Assembly: GCA_963769565.1 (NCBI GenBank)
Contig: CAVYMP010000010.1
Location: 518,390-582,389 of the forward strand
From: an uncultured Solirubrobacteraceae bacterium
Lineage (GTDB): Bacteria > Actinomycetota > Thermoleophilia > Solirubrobacterales > Solirubrobacteraceae
Reading direction: 5' to 3'
Length of the DNA: 64,000 nucleotides
Positions 1-15,487 of this stretch are shown piece by piece. Every line of letters begins with the position of its first letter. The first letter of the stretch is position 1. A program made the position numbers and the translations under genes. Below the pieces are notes generated by a model. The model did not search any database, had not been told where the DNA came from, and was given only the letters and a program-made list of their open reading frames with translations.

Positions 1-497
1 ATGACGTGTTCGTCGCCGGCGAACGCCGGCTGGGGGAGGAGGGTCAGGGCTTCTCCGGCCTGATGCACACCTTCGACCGCTCCCGGGTGACGCTGGCGGC
101 ATCGGCAACCGGGCTCGCCCGGGCGGCCCTGGAGTACGCCGTCGACTACGCCAAGGAGCGCGAGCAGTTCGGCAAGCCGATCGCCCAGCACCAGGCGGTC
201 GCCTTCCGCCTGGCCGACATGGCGCTGCGCGTCGACGCCGCGCGGCTGCTGACGTGGCGCGCGGCCGAGATGCTCGACCGCGGCGAGCGGGCCACCAGCG
301 AGGCGGCGATGGCCAAGCTGGACGCCTCGGAGACCGCCATGTGGTGCACCTGGGCCGCCGTCCAGACGCTCGGTGGCTGGGGCTACTCCCGTGAGTACCC
401 GGTGGAGAAGTGGATGCGCGACGCCAAGCTGGAGGAGATCGAGGAGGGGACCTCGGACATCCAGCGCCTGGTCATCTCCCGCGGCCTGCTGCGATGA
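1..497 (+). CDS. Acyl-CoA dehydrogenase, C-terminal part (5' end outside window)
   Basis: Motifs REQFGKPIAQHQAVAFRLADM, QTLGGWGYSREYPVEKWMRDAK and EGTSDIQR. Confidence 0.93.
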   Translation, partial: DVFVAGERRLGEEGQGFSGLMHTFDRSRVTLAASATGLARAALEYAVDYAKEREQFGKPIAQHQAVAFRLADMALRVDAARLLTWRAAEMLDRGERATSEAAMAKLDASETAMWCTWAAVQTLGGWGYSREYPVEKWMRDAKLEEIEEGTSDIQRLVISRGLLR

Positions 498-1915
498 TCA
501 GGGCGGCCGAGGCGCTCTTGCCGGGATTGAAGATCCCGTCGGGGTCGAGCGCGTGTTTGATCGCCTGCATCATCTCGACGCCGGCGAGGCCGTGCTCGTC
601 GACGAGGAACTTGGCCTTGCCGTAGCCGACGCCGTGCTCGCCGGTGCACGTCCCGTCGTGGGCGAGCGCGCGGCGCACGAGGCGGGCGTGGAACTCCTCG
701 CCGCGGGCGACGTCGGCGGGATCGCTGGGGTCGACGAGGATGACGGCGTGGAAGTTGCCGTCGCCGGCGTGGCCGACGATCGCCGAGGACAGCTCGTGCT
801 CGGCGATGTCGCGCTGCGTCTCGGAGATGCACTCGGCGAGCGCCGAGATCGGCACGCACACGTCGGTGGTGAGCGCGCCGCTGCCCGGGCTTCATCGCCC
901 GGGCGGCCTCCATCGCGCCGTGGCGGGCGTGCCACAGCTTCCGGCGCTCGCGCTCGTCGGTGGCCCAGGAGAACTCCGAGCCGCCGAGCTCGGCGGCGAT
1001 CTCGGATGTCTCGCGCGCCTGCGCCTCGACCTCGGCGTCCGAGGCGCCCTCGAACTCCAGAAACAGCGCCGGGGCGACCGCGAACGACGTCCCGAAATGA
1101 CGGTTGAGCGCCTCGACCTGCCGCTCGTCGACGAGCTCGATCCGGCTCACCGGGATGCCGTACTGCTCCACCCGGACCACGCACTGCACGGCGGCCTGCA
1201 GCGACGGGAACGTGCACTGGGCGGCGGCCGTCGCCTCGGGAATGGGGTGCAGGCGCAGGACGGCCTCGCAGATCAGCCCGAGCGTGCCCTCCGACCCGAT
1301 CATCAGCCGCGTCAGGTCGTAGCCGGCCGAGGACTTGCGCGCCCGCGAGTGGGTGCGCACGATCCGGCCGTGCGCGTCGACGAGCGTGATCGAGATGACG
1401 TTCTCGCGCATCGCGCCGTAGCGCACGGTCGTCGTGCCCGAGGCGCCGGTGGCGATCATGCCGCCGACCGTCGCGTCGGCGCCCGGGTCCACCGAGAAGA
1501 ACACGCCCTCGGGACGCAGCCGCGCGTCGAGCTGGCGGCGGGTGACGCCGGCCTGGACGTGCACGTCGAGGTCCTCGAGCGACAGGTTGCTGATGGTGTT
1601 CATGTCCCGCATGTCGACGCTGATCCCGCCCGCCAGCGCCGCGACGTGGCCCTCGAGCGAGGTGCCGGCGCCGAACGGGATCAGCGGCAGCCGATGGGCG
1701 GCGGCGATCCGCACGATCGCGGCGGCCTCCTCGGTGCTGCGCGGCCACACGACGGCATCCGGCCGTGCCTCGGGGTGGAAGGACTCGTCGTGGCCGTGCT
1801 GGGAGAGCACGTCGTCGCCGAGCGCAACGCGGTCGGCGCCGAGCAGATCGCTCAGCGCGCGCTTTCCGTCGGCCACGGTGGCGGCGGCCGGGCGGTCCAG
1901 GACGGACATGGACAA
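472..1915 (-). CDS. FAD-linked oxidase (D-lactate dehydrogenase/GlcD family), one frameshift near 890
   Basis: PFGAGTSLEG, DPGADATVGGM and GSEGTLG in ORF 383..1915; C-terminal GHAGDGNFH, GEHGVG and LDPDGIFNPGK in ORF 472..861. Confidence 0.9.
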
Positions 1916-1927
1916 CAGCTTGACAGG

Positions 1928-3361
1928 TCAGGCCGGCAGGCCCGACAGTGCGGGATAGAGCGCCCGGTAGCGCTCGCGCTGGGAGGCGTAGGCCTCGACC
2001 CAGGCTGGATCGGGCGTGACCTCGGCGCTCACCTTGAAGCCCAGCTGCGCCCCGCTGCGAGCGTCGGCGAAGACCCCGCCGGCAACCCCGCCGAGCACCG
2101 CCGCGCCGTAGGCGGCGCCGGCCTCTGACTCGGTCCGCTCGATCGGCAGCTCCAGCATGCTCGCCAGGATCCGCAGCCACAGCTCCGAGCGGGCGCCGCC
2201 GCCCGAGGCGCGCGCGCTGGGCGGCGCGGGGTCGGCGGGATTCGATTCGATCAGGTCGAGGCCGTCGCGCAGAGCGTGGCCGACTCCCTCCAGCGTGGCG
2301 CGGACGAGCGCGCCGCGGTCGTGGCGCAGCCCCAGGCCGACGAATGCCGCGCGCACGTCGCCGTCGGCATGCGGAGTACGCTCGCCCGACAGATAGGGCG
2401 CGAAGGTCAGCCCCTCGACGCCCGGCTCCCACCGCGCCGCCTCCTCGAGCAACGCCGGGATGCCGTCGTCGTGGCCGATCGCGTCATCCAACCAGGCCAG
2501 CGCGCCGGCCGCCGACAGGATCACGCCCATCACGTGCCAGCGGTCGGGCAGCGCGTGGCAGAAGGCGTGCAGGCGGCCCTCGGGGTCCGGCGCATAGGCG
2601 TCCTGAGCGGCGAAGATCACGCCGCTCGTGCCCAGCACCAGCGACGCCGGGCCGCCGGCGTCGGTGACGCCGACCCCGAGCGCGCCGGCCGCCTGATCGC
2701 CCGCGCCGGCGGCGACCGGAACGCCCGCCGGCCGTGTGCCCGCTCACCTCGTGGGACTCGTGGACCGGCGGCAGCCACGCGGGGTCGACGGCAAAGGCCT
2801 CGGCCAGCTCGGGGCTCCATGCTCGCCGGCCGACGTCGAGCAGCACGCGTGCCGGAGGCATCGGAGACGTCGGTGCCCAGCTCGCCGGTGAGGCGAAAGC
2901 GGACGTAGTCCTTGGGCAGCATCACCCGGGCGATGCGGCGGTGCACGTCGGGCTCGTGCTCGGCCAGCCACGCGAGCTTGGGCGCGGTGAATCCGGCCAG
3001 CACGCGGTTGCCGCTGAGCTCGACGAGCCGTTCGATGCCCAGCCGCTGCTCGATCGCCGTCGCCTGCGGCTGGCTGCGGCCGTCGTTCCAGAGGATCGCC
3101 GGGCGCAGCGGGCGATCGTCGGATCCGAGCGCGACGAGGCCGTGCATCTGGCCGGTCAGCCCGATCCCGGCGGCGTCGTCGGCGCCCAGCTCGGCGAGGA
3201 CGGCCTCGGTGGCGGCGACCCAGTCGTCGGGATCCTGCTCTGACCAGCCGGGGTGGGGCATCTGAGACCGGATAGGCGCGCGTCGCCTCGGCGAGCAGCG
3301 TGCCGTTCTCGTCGATCGCCACCCCCTTGGCCGACGAGGTCCCCACGTCGACGCCGATCAC
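1928..3361 (-). CDS. xylB: Xylulokinase (FGGY family), split by about 3 frameshifts
   Basis: IGVDVGTSS, GLTGQMHG, AILWNDGR, LGTSG and APYLSGERTP across consecutive frames; divergent from xylA. Confidence 0.92.
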
Positions 3362-3380
3362 CCGTACGCTCTCTCCGCCA

Positions 3381-3402
3381 TTCTGTCTAATCTTAGACAA
3401 AA
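3381..3402. promoter_or_regulatory. Palindromic operator, probable ROK/XylR site
   Basis: TGTCTAA-TC-TTAGACA (3384-3399), AT-rich, in the short xylB/xylA divergent gap. Confidence 0.7.
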
Positions 3403-3421
3403 CTCGGATCGAGAGGATGAC

Positions 3422-4558
<1,137 letters not shown>

Positions 4559-4562
<4 letters not shown>

Positions 4563-5640
4563 GCGCACGCGAGGTCGTCGTCGACTGCCTGTGGCGCGAG
4601 GGGCCGCTCGACCGGGCGCAGGTGGTGCGCGACACCCGGTTGTCGCGGGCGACGGTGTCGCGGCTGATCGGCGAGCTGCAGGCCGAGGGGCTCGTCGACG
4701 AACGCCCGGCGCCGCGGACATCGCGGCCGCTCCGGCCGGCCGACCTCCCTGCTCGCGCATCGAGCCCCGGCTGGCCGCCGTCGGCGGGATCGACTTCGGG
4801 CACGGGTCGGTGCGGGTGGCGCTCGCCGACCTGGCGGGGACGATCGTCGCCGAGGCCCGGCACGAGCTCGACGTCGACAACGAGCCGCGCGGCGCGATCG
4901 AGGTGGCGGTCGCCGAGCTTCGCCGGCTCGGGCGCGACGTCAACCGCCTGCTCGGCGTGGGCGCCGCGATCTCGGCCCCGGTCCGGCGCGACAGCGGGAT
5001 TCCGGTGGCCGAGCGGGATTCTTCCCGGCTGGATGTCGATCTCGCTCGGCGCCGAGCTGCGCGGGCGACTGGGCGTCCCCGTGCACGTCGGCAACGACGC
5101 GAATCTGGGGGCGCTGGCCGAGGTGCGGGGCGGGGCGGGGCGGGGTGCCGACAACGTCGTCTACCTGATGGTCTCGAGCGGGATCGGCGCCGGGCTGATC
5201 CTCGACGGGACCTTGTTCACCGGCCACAGCGGGATGACGGGGGAGCTCGGCCACGTGGTCGTCGATCCTGACGGGGCGCTGTGCCGCTGCGGGCATCGAG
5301 GATGCCTGGAGACGGTGGCCGGCGCGCGGGTCGTGCGGGCGCGGGCCGGCGGCGCGCGGGGCCTGCGCGAGGCGGGACGAGCGGTGGGGCGCGTTGCCGG
5401 GGCAGCCTGCAATCTCGTCAACCCCGAGCTGGTGATCGTCGGCGGTGAGCTTGATCGTCGACGGTGAGGCGCTCGTCGAGGGCGTTCGGGCGGGGTTGCG
5501 TGAGACCGCGATCGACGTGGTGTGGCGCGACGTCTCCGTGGTGGCGGCCCAGCTCGGCGATCAGGCCGAGCTGCTCGGCGCGATCGGTCTGGCTCTGGCC
5601 GAGGTCGACGCCGACATGCTGTTGAGCGCGGCGGCTAGCG
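4559..5640 (+). CDS. ROK-family transcriptional repressor (XylR-like), frameshifted; 3' end approximate
   Basis: N-terminal HTH ([13 protein letters not shown]), [19 protein letters not shown] and [10 protein letters not shown]. Confidence 0.85.
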
Positions 5641-5689
5641 GGGGCACGAGTGCCGCGTGCGCCGGCCTGCCGGGCGGCGATGCGGCTGC

Positions 5690-6590
5690 TCAAGCGCGGG
5701 GCGCGCTGACCGCGCGGGCGATCTCGTCGGCCACCATCGCGGCGCCGTGGGAACCCCAGGCGATCGTGTAGTGGTTGACGTCGGGTACCTCGATCGCCCG
5801 CCGCCGCTCGGGGTCCTGCGCCGCCCAGGCCTGCACGATCGAGAGCGGCTGCATCGGATTGGGGTCGTCGACCATCCCGCGAGGAGCGCACAGGAAGGTC
5901 GCGGGCACCGAGAGCGCGGTGGCGTCGGTGACTTCGAACAGGTCGACGCCGTCGTCGCGGACGGCATCGGGATTGACCGAGGAGCGCATCTGCGGGCGGC
6001 TCGCCGACGAGGTCGTGGGCCGCGTACTCGGACGAGATCGGCGGCGTCGATGTCGGCGTGTACGACCGCCGGATGCTCGGCCCACCAGGCGCGGTAGGCA
6101 TCGTGGTCGGCGAAGGTCATCCGCAGCCGCGCCAGGGTCGGTCCGAGGAACGCCTCCATGAACTGCTCCGGGTCGACGCCCTTTGCGTCCGGGAATCGTC
6201 AGCCCGCCGTCGACGAGCACGAGGCTGTCGACGCGATCGGGATGCAGCGTCGCCAGCCGGGCGGCGATGTACGCGCCCAGCGAGTGGCCGACGATCACCG
6301 CCCGTGGCAGGTCGAAGTGGTCGAGCACCGCGATCACGTCGCGGACGTGGGCGTCGATCCCGAACGGCGGGGGCAGCGCGTTGCTCGCCCCGCGCCCGCG
6401 CAGGTCAAGGGCGATGAGCGACGCGCGATCCTCCAGCGCCCGCGCGATGGCCAGCCAGGTACGGCTGGTGGATGTGATCCCGTGGATGGCGATGGCCGGG
6501 CGGCGCGCTCCGGGTCCGCCCCAGGCGGAAGGTGGCCAGCCGGCCACCCGCGACCACTACGTCAACACGCTCTTCCTCGGTGACCGTCAT
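5690..6590 (-). CDS. Alpha/beta hydrolase, frameshifted
   Basis: HGIT, DLRGRG, GHSLG nucleophile elbow and VNHYTI. Confidence 0.85.
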
Positions 6591-7559
6591 CGCCCGGAGT
6601 CTAAATCGCCACGTCCTCGGCGGGGGACTCGCTCGCGGGCCCGCAGGTCGCCGGCGACGTCGCGGACCAGCGCCGAGGGCGGCGCCATCGTCGGCTCCCA
6701 CGGGCGCTTGAGCCACAGCCAGGCCACAGCCCCGGCCAGCAGCGTCGCGCACAGGATCCAGCCGAGCGCGGTCGTCTGCACGCCGATGTACTTCAGGCCC
6801 GAGGCGAAGATGACGAACGTGATCACCGGCCGGACGTAACGGTCGGGCACCGTCGAGGACAGCAGCGAACCGATCAGCACCGCCGGGACGCTGCCGATGA
6901 TCAGCGAGCCGGTGACCGAGAACTCAACGTGGCCGAAGGCCAGCGCCCCGAGGGCCGCCGCCAGCGTCAGCGGGACGGCCTGGCTGAGGTCGGTGCCGAC
7001 CAGCTGGTTGGCGCCCAGCCGCGGGTAGATGAAGAGCAGTGCGACGATCATCAGCGAACCTGAGCCGACGGAGGTGAGGCCCGACGATCAGCCCGCCGAC
7101 GATGCCGACGGCCAGCGTCAGGGCCGGGCGCGGCTCCACCTCGGTGATGTAGGCGTCGCGCGGGCCGCCGCCGCGGCGGTCGAGCACGAAGCGCAGCACC
7201 ATCGCGCCGGCGCCGATCAGCAACGCGGCGCCCAGGAAGACCTCGATGTTGTTCTCGGCGGACTTGGCGTCGCCCATCAGATGCAGCAGGTAGGCGCCGA
7301 GAAAGGCGGCCGGTACCGACCCGAGCACCATCCAGCGCACGACCCTGAAGTTCACCGTCCCGGCGCGCATGTGTACGGCTGCGCCGATCGGCCGCATCAC
7401 CACCGCGGCCACGAGGTCAGAGGAGATCGCCGTCGATGGCTTGACCGAGAAGAGCAGGATCAGCATCGGCGTCATCAGGGCGCCTCCGCCGGCGCCGGTC
7501 ATACCGACGAGGAGGCCGATGATCGCCGACCCCAGGACGATGAACGGGTCGATGTGCAC
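6587..7559 (-). CDS. TauE/SafE sulfite exporter family membrane protein, one frameshift
   Basis: GMTGAGGGALMTP, VGTDLSQAVP and multiple hydrophobic helices. Confidence 0.88.
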
Positions 7560-7562
7560 GTT

Positions 7563-8328
7563 TTAGGTCCCGCCGGTCGCCGCTTGATGGCTGGGGTCGC
7601 CGCGGAGCCCGGAGATCTCGCTCGGCGGCTCGCCGGACAGCAGCCAGCCGTGGTCGATCGGCCGCAGCACGTCCGCGGCGGGCCAGGTCGGTGAGCGCAC
7701 TCGTGACCGTCGGACGGCGGGCGGCGACGAGTTCGGCGAGGGTCGTGTGGGTCAGGCGCAGCGGGATGACGACGCCGTCGGCGCGGACGCGGCCCCAGCG
7801 CCCCGACAGATGCCAGAACAGCATGTGAAGGCGGGTGTCGACCCGCGCCTGGTGAACGATCGCCATGTTGACCGCGAGCTGGCGGGTGCGCAGCACCGAC
7901 CGCGCGAACAGGCGGCCGGCCAGCTGCGGAAACGCCGCCAGTTGGCGCACGAAGCGCTCGTCGAGCACTGCCATTCGCGTGCGCTCGAGGATCAGCCAGG
8001 TCATCGTCAGCGCCAGCGTCGACGTCGGGGGCTCCCCGCGCAGCGAGCGCAGCACGTCTCCCTCTCCGAGGAGCTCGGCGCTGTAGCGCTCGTCGATCCC
8101 GACACGGTGCAGGAGCACCCCCTCGAGCACGAGCAGCCCGATCCCGCCGTCCAGCGGAGCCGGGCGACCCTGCCATGCGCCGGCGGGGATGGTGATCTGC
8201 CGCGCGACCAGAGCCTCGGACGCCGCTTCACGCCGGGCGGGCTCGATCGCCTCGGCGAGCTCGGGGTCCTCCTGCAGCGGGTAGCAGACGTTGGCGTTCG
8301 GTCCACCGAGGCGCGTCACCGGCATCAC
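7563..8328 (-). CDS. Crp/Fnr-family transcriptional regulator
   Basis: ELLGEGD cNMP-like domain; C-terminal LTHTTLAELVAARRPTVTSAL HTH. Confidence 0.85.
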
Positions 8329-9408
8329 TCTGTCAGAGCCTGCAACTCGATCACCGCGACCAGGTCACGGGCCGTCGCGCGGAGAATCGATGCTACGACC
8401 TGGTCGGCGTCGACCTGGCGGGCGTTGACCTGGGCGATCGCATCGTCGGCCCGCCGTTGCACGATCGGCCAGGAGCGCCGGCGGCCACGGGCGCTCGGCG
8501 GCCGCCAGATCGCTCAGCCCCTCGGCGAGCGAGGCGATCGTCTGGAGTAGCTCTGCGGGCGGCGCCTGACGATCGTCGCTGCGCAGTGTGGCCGCCCGGA
8601 TCAGGCTGAGCACGGCGTTGGCGAGGAGGTCGACCCGGGCGGTGCGCTCGACCTCCGCGTCGACCGCCGGTCGCAGCGCGAATCGCCGGGGCGCGACCCG
8701 CACGTTGACGCGCGCCGTCGCGCGGGCGCGGGCGAGGGCGGACAGTTGGCGGTGGATGGCGTGGCCGGTGGCCAGGGTCCACTCGTCGGTGGCGGTGCGC
8801 CCGGCGCGCAGGATCTCGACCACCTCGCCCAGCTTCCCCGCGAGCGTGCGCAGCACGTCGGACTCGGCATCGGCGAGCAGCGACAGCGGGTTGGCGGGAA
8901 ACAGTCCGACGCCGAGCACGAACGCGACCGCGCCGCCGACGAGCACATCGATCGCCCGCTCGGCCCCGGCGCCATGTTTGTGCACGGCGACGACGAGCAC
9001 GGCGGAGGCCGCCGCCTGATTGGGGAACATCATGCCGTCGCCGAAGAAGCCGAAACCGACGGCGATGGTGACGAGCATCGTGACGAGCACGATCACGCCC
9101 AGCGCCGCGGTGCTGACCCCCAGCAGCGGAGTCAGCACCTCGGCGATGCCGATGCCCAGCAGCACGCCGGCGACCATCTGGGCGATCCGCCGGCTGCGCT
9201 GGATGTGACTGGTGCTGAGCGAGATCGCCGCCGCGATCGGGGCGAAGAACGGCTGCGGATGGCCGAGCACGCGATGCGCGATCAGCCACGACAGGGAGGC
9301 GGCGAGCGACGCCTGCAGCACCGCTCCGAAGGAGTCCAGCACCCGCCGACGGGCACGCTGTCCGGTGCGCGCGACGTCGATCCGGGCGGTCAGCGGTCCG
9401 GACACCAT
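8325..9408 (-). CDS. FUSC/aromatic acid exporter family membrane protein
   Basis: HPQPFFAPIAAAISL, NQAAASAVLV and ERAIDVLVGG. Confidence 0.8.
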
Positions 9409-9412
9409 CGGA

Positions 9413-10456
9413 TCAGCCGGCGGCGATGCTCGCCGTCGACGCTGCGCCGTCGATGAGTTCAGAGAGCGCCTCGACGATCTCCTGCGGCCGCTCGAGCGGG
9501 CTCATGTGCCCGGTCTGCTCGAGCACGATCAGGCCCGCCGGGCTGGGCAGCGCCTCGGCGATCCGGCGCCCGTGCTCCGGTGGGGTCAGACGGTCACGGT
9601 CGCCGGCGAGAACCAGCGTGGGGACGGTCAGGCCGGCGACCGCCGACCACAGATCCAGGTCGGAGAGGATCACCCCGCAGGCCGCGCGGACGTCGGCCGG
9701 GCAGTCGATCAGCATCCGCTCGTAGAAGTCGACGTCGCCGTCGGTGGCGCTCGGCCCAAACGCGGCATAGCGGATCAACGCCTGCGAGACCGGCGAGGAG
9801 AACGGGACCAGCGGCGCCCCGAAGCCGAGCACCGCCCGGCTAATCCGCGGATGGTTCATCCAGCGGGCGAGCTCGCCGAACAGCAGGCTGCCGGCGACCA
9901 GTTCGCCGAGGCCGGTGTTGACCAGCGCGGCCGCGTCCGCGCGGGCCGCAACGTCATGGGCGCCCGCCCATGCCACGATCGACATCGCGCCGAGGGAGTG
10001 GCCGACGAGGGTCGGCGCGGGTGTGGGGACCCGCGCAAGGGCGGCCTCGAGGACGACGGCCACATCCTCGCCGAAGCGATCGAGCGAGTAGTCGTTGTCC
10101 ACGGCCTGCCCGCTGCGCCCGTGCCCACGGAGGTCGTAGGCGACGACCCGCTGGCCTCGGGCCGTCAACCGGGCGATGACCGGCCCCCAGAAGCTCAGCC
10201 GCTCAGTCCATCCATGGGCGAGGACCACCGGGTGCCCGTCCGGCGGCCCGAACGCCTCGGCGTGCAGCCCAGTGCCGTCGGCCGAGACGATGCGCAACGG
10301 CCGGCCGCCCAGCGGCCTGGTCAGCCGGGCGTAGTCGGGGTCACTGGCCAGGGTCCGCAGGTGGCGACGCTCCACGGCGACCCCCGCGGCGGCGGCGGCG
10401 GTTGCGGCGGCCACCGCCGACATCGTGCGCGCGGTGAGGCGGGGACGGGCCAGCAT
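9413..10456 (-). CDS. Alpha/beta hydrolase
   Basis: LAHGW, YDLRGHG, GHSLG, GDRDRLTP and GHMSPLE. Confidence 0.88.
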   Translation of the reverse strand: MLARPRLTARTMSAVAAATAAAAAGVAVERRHLRTLASDPDYARLTRPLGGRPLRIVSADGTGLHAEAFGPPDGHPVVLAHGWTERLSFWGPVIARLTARGQRVVAYDLRGHGRSGQAVDNDYSLDRFGEDVAVVLEAALARVPTPAPTLVGHSLGAMSIVAWAGAHDVAARADAAALVNTGLGELVAGSLLFGELARWMNHPRISRAVLGFGAPLVPFSSPVSQALIRYAAFGPSATDGDVDFYERMLIDCPADVRAACGVILSDLDLWSAVAGLTVPTLVLAGDRDRLTPPEHGRRIAEALPSPAGLIVLEQTGHMSPLERPQEIVEALSELIDGAASTASIAAG

Positions 10457-10499
10457 CGCGCGAAACCCTAGCGGCGCGCTTATGCGTAGGATCTCCGCG

Positions 10500-11529
10500 G
10501 TGCGCATCGGCATGCTCACCGGCGGAGGCGATTGTCCCGGCCTCAACGCGGTCATCCGGGCGGCCGTGCGCAAGGGGATCGACGAATACGGCGATCAGCT
10601 GGTCGGATTTCGTGACGGCTGGCGCGGCGTGCTCGAGGACGTCCAGGAGGAGCTCACGATCGAGTCCACCCGCGGGATCCTGCCCCGCGGCGGGACGATC
10701 CTCGGCAGCTCGCGGACCAATCCGTCCAAGCGCGGGGACGGCGTCGACCTGGTCGCGCAGAACCTCGAGCGCCACCGGCTCGACGGTCTGATCGCCATCG
10801 GCGGCGAGGACACGCTGGGCGCCGCCAACCGGCTGAGCGAGGCCGGAATCAACGTGATCGGCGTCCCCAAGACGATCGACAACGATCTCGGCTCGACCGA
10901 TCAGACGTTCGGCTTCGACACCGCGTTGCACGTCGCCACCGAGGCCATCGACCGCCTGCACACGACGGCCGAGAGCCACCACCGGATCCTCGTCGTCGAG
11001 GTGATGGGACGCAACGCCGGGTGGATCGCCCTGCACTCGGGCGTCGCCGGCGGGGCCGACGTGATCCTGATCCCCGAGATCCCGTTCGACATCGAGGAGG
11101 TGTGCCGGCTGATCGGCCGCCGGCACGGCCGCGGGCGCTACTTCTCGATCGTCGTGGCGGCGGAGGGGGCGACGCCGAAGGAGGGCACGATGAGCGTGGC
11201 CACGGGCGAGCTCGACGAGTTCGGCCACCCCCGCCTCGGTGGAATCGGCCAGGCGCTCGAGCGGGAAATCGAGGAGCGGACCGGGCTTTGAGACGCGCGC
11301 CACCGTGCTCGGGCACGTGCAGCGCGGCGGGACCCCGACCGCGTTTGACCGCGTGCTGGCCACGCGCCTGGGGCTGGCGGCGATCGAGGCCGCTCACGCC
11401 GGGCGGTGGGGCACGATGACCGCTCTGCACGCGACCGAGATCGAGCTCGTGCAGCTGGCCGATGCCGTCGCCGAGGTGCGCCGGGTCCCGGTGGAGGAAT
11501 ACGAGCGCTATGGCGTGCTCTTCGGTTAG
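10500..11529 (+). CDS. pfkA: 6-phosphofructokinase, frameshift near 11285
   Basis: [31 protein letters not shown] and LGHVQRGG. Confidence 0.95.
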
Positions 11530-11640
11530 GCGGGTAGTTCACAGGAGCTCGGCATTTGCGGCTGAACTTCTGTCTATGCTGAGTTTCAGGGGCCGTGTCA
11601 GCCCGCCGCGGCCCCAGACGTCAACCCACGGAGCGCAGCG

Positions 11641-12780
11641 ATGAGCACGACCGAAGCCACAAACGTCAATCCCAACCTCCGCTCGCTGGCCGAGGCCGGA
11701 ACCAGCCCCTGGCTGGACTTCCTGAGTCGTTCGCTGGTCCAGGACGGCGAGCTGGCCCGCCTGGTCGCCGAGGACTCGTTGCAAGGGGTCACCTCGAACC
11801 CCTCGATCTTCGACAAGGCGATGCTCGACCCCGAGTCCGACGACTATGACGAGCAGCTGGAGTCCCTGGCCCGCGAAGGGCGCGACGCGCAGGCGATCTA
11901 CGAAGCGCTCGCCGTCGCCGACGTCCAGCACGCCTGCGACGTCCTGCGCGACCTCTACGAGGAGTCCCAACCACCAGGACGGATTCGTCTCGCTGGAGGT
12001 GGCCGCCGACCTGGCCCACGACGAGCAGCGCTCGATCGAGGCCGCCCGCGACCTTCTGGCGGCGCGTCAAGCGGCCCAACGTGATGATCAAGATCCCCGG
12101 CACGCCCGAGGGCGTCGGACGCGATCGAGCAGAGCGATCTACGAGGGCATCAACATCAACGTAACCCTGCTGTTCTCCGTCGAGGGCTACGAGAAGGTCC
12201 ACGACGCCTATCTCAAGGGGCTGGAGCGCCGCCAGGCCGAGGGTAAGCCGCTGGACGTCGCCTCAGTGGCGAGCTTCTTCGTCTCCCGCGTGGACACCGC
12301 CGTCGACAAGCTGCTGGAGGCCAGCGGGCACGAGGAGCTCTATGGCAAGGCGGCGATCGCCAACGCGCGCGTGGCCTATCGCAGCTTCGAGGCCGTGTTG
12401 GCAAGCCCGCGCTGGGAGGGTCTGCACCATGGCGGCGCCCACCCGCAGCGGCCGTTGTGGGCCTCCACGGGGGTCAAGAACGAGCGCTATCCGGACACGA
12501 TGTACGTCGACGAGCTGGTTGGAGCCCATACCGTCAACACGATGCCGCTGGCGACGCTCGAGGCGGTTGCCGACCACGGGCGCATCTCGGGCCCGACGGC
12601 CCAGCACGATCCGGCGCAAAGATCTCGAGGCGATGAAAAGGCGGGATCGACATGACGAGGTGACCGACGAGCTGCTGGTCGCCGGGGTCAAGATGTTCGA
12701 GGACGCGATGACCCGGCTGCTCGAGCGGGATCGAGGAGCGCCGACAGGCCGCGGTGACTGGCAAGTCCTAGGTCTGAGTT
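11641..12780 (+). CDS. tal: Transaldolase, frameshifted
   Basis: SPWLD, GVTSNPSIF, NINVTLLFS, SFFVSRVD and RPLWASTGVK. Confidence 0.93.
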
Positions 12781-12815
12781 GATGCCTTCCCGGCCCCGCC
12801 GGCGGCGCCCAAGAC

Positions 12816-14361
<1,546 letters not shown>

Positions 14362-14436
14362 GGGCGGCGGCCCACGTGTCAGGCGTGTGTCCGCCGACGA
14401 GTCGCTGATGTGGGCAGCTCGAGCGGAGGATGAGCT

Positions 14437-15487
14437 ATGAGTGAGGACGTCTGGGCCGAGCAGGACACGAGCCCCGAGCGCATCGAGGCCGCGCTGCGCG
14501 AGCTGCTGCGCCAGCGCCACGCCGCCAACGAGCAGCTGGCGCCCGCGCGGGTGCTCAACCTGGTGGTGATCGTCGATCGGGAGTGGAAGGGCGAGATCGC
14601 CAACCGGCTGGAGCGCGTCGGGCGCTATCACGCCTCGCGGACCGTGCTGTGCGCCGTCGAGAACGCCCGTACGACGCTCGACGCGGTGGCGACGGTCAGC
14701 TACGAGGAGCCGAAGAACGGCCTCGGGGTGATCCACGAGACCGTCGAGATCGATTGCGGGCCCGAGCACCTGCTGGGGCTCCAGACGATCGTCGACCCGG
14801 TGCTCGTCGGCGAGATCCCGACGGTGGTGTGGTCCCCCCACGGTCACGACGAGGCGGTGGAGGCGCTCCTGGAGTTGATGGACGTGATGCTCGTCGACTC
14901 CGACGACCTGCCCGAGCCCGCTGACGCCTTTGACCGCGTCCACGATCTGCGCGAGTATGCCTACGTGGTCGATCTCGCGTGGTTGCGCACGACGCCGTGG
15001 CGCGAGCGGCTGGCCGCCAGCTTCGATCTGCCGTCGCGCCTGGCCGCGCTTCACCACATCTCCGAGCTGGAGATCCGCCACCAGGAGCGCTCCACCGCCA
15101 GCGGCCTGCTGCTGGCCGGCTGGATGGCCTCGCGGCTGCATTGGGGCCGCGCGCGGCTCAGCGGCGGCATCGGCATGTTCACCGGCTCCCTGGACCGCGA
15201 GGACGGAGCGGTGGCCGTGGAGCTGCGCGCGCTCGAGCAGGAGTCCCCGGGACTGGTCGGGGTGACGGTCTCCTGCGACGAGGGGACCTCGCTGTCGCTG
15301 CAGCGCGGTCTCGGCGGACTGGATGCCGCCGAGCGCAACCGCAACGGCGAGCAGCGTGAATGGAAGATCCTCGGGGCCTCCCGGGGGGAGGGCGGGATCC
15401 TCGGCGAGGGGGTACGCCAGGCGCTGCTGCGCGATCCGACCTACGTGGGCGCGCTCGACGCCGCCCGGGAGCTCTGTCCCGATATGA
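14437..15487 (+). CDS. opcA: G6PDH assembly protein OpcA
   Basis: ARVLNLVV and DLAWLRTTPWRERLA; directly follows zwf. Confidence 0.85.
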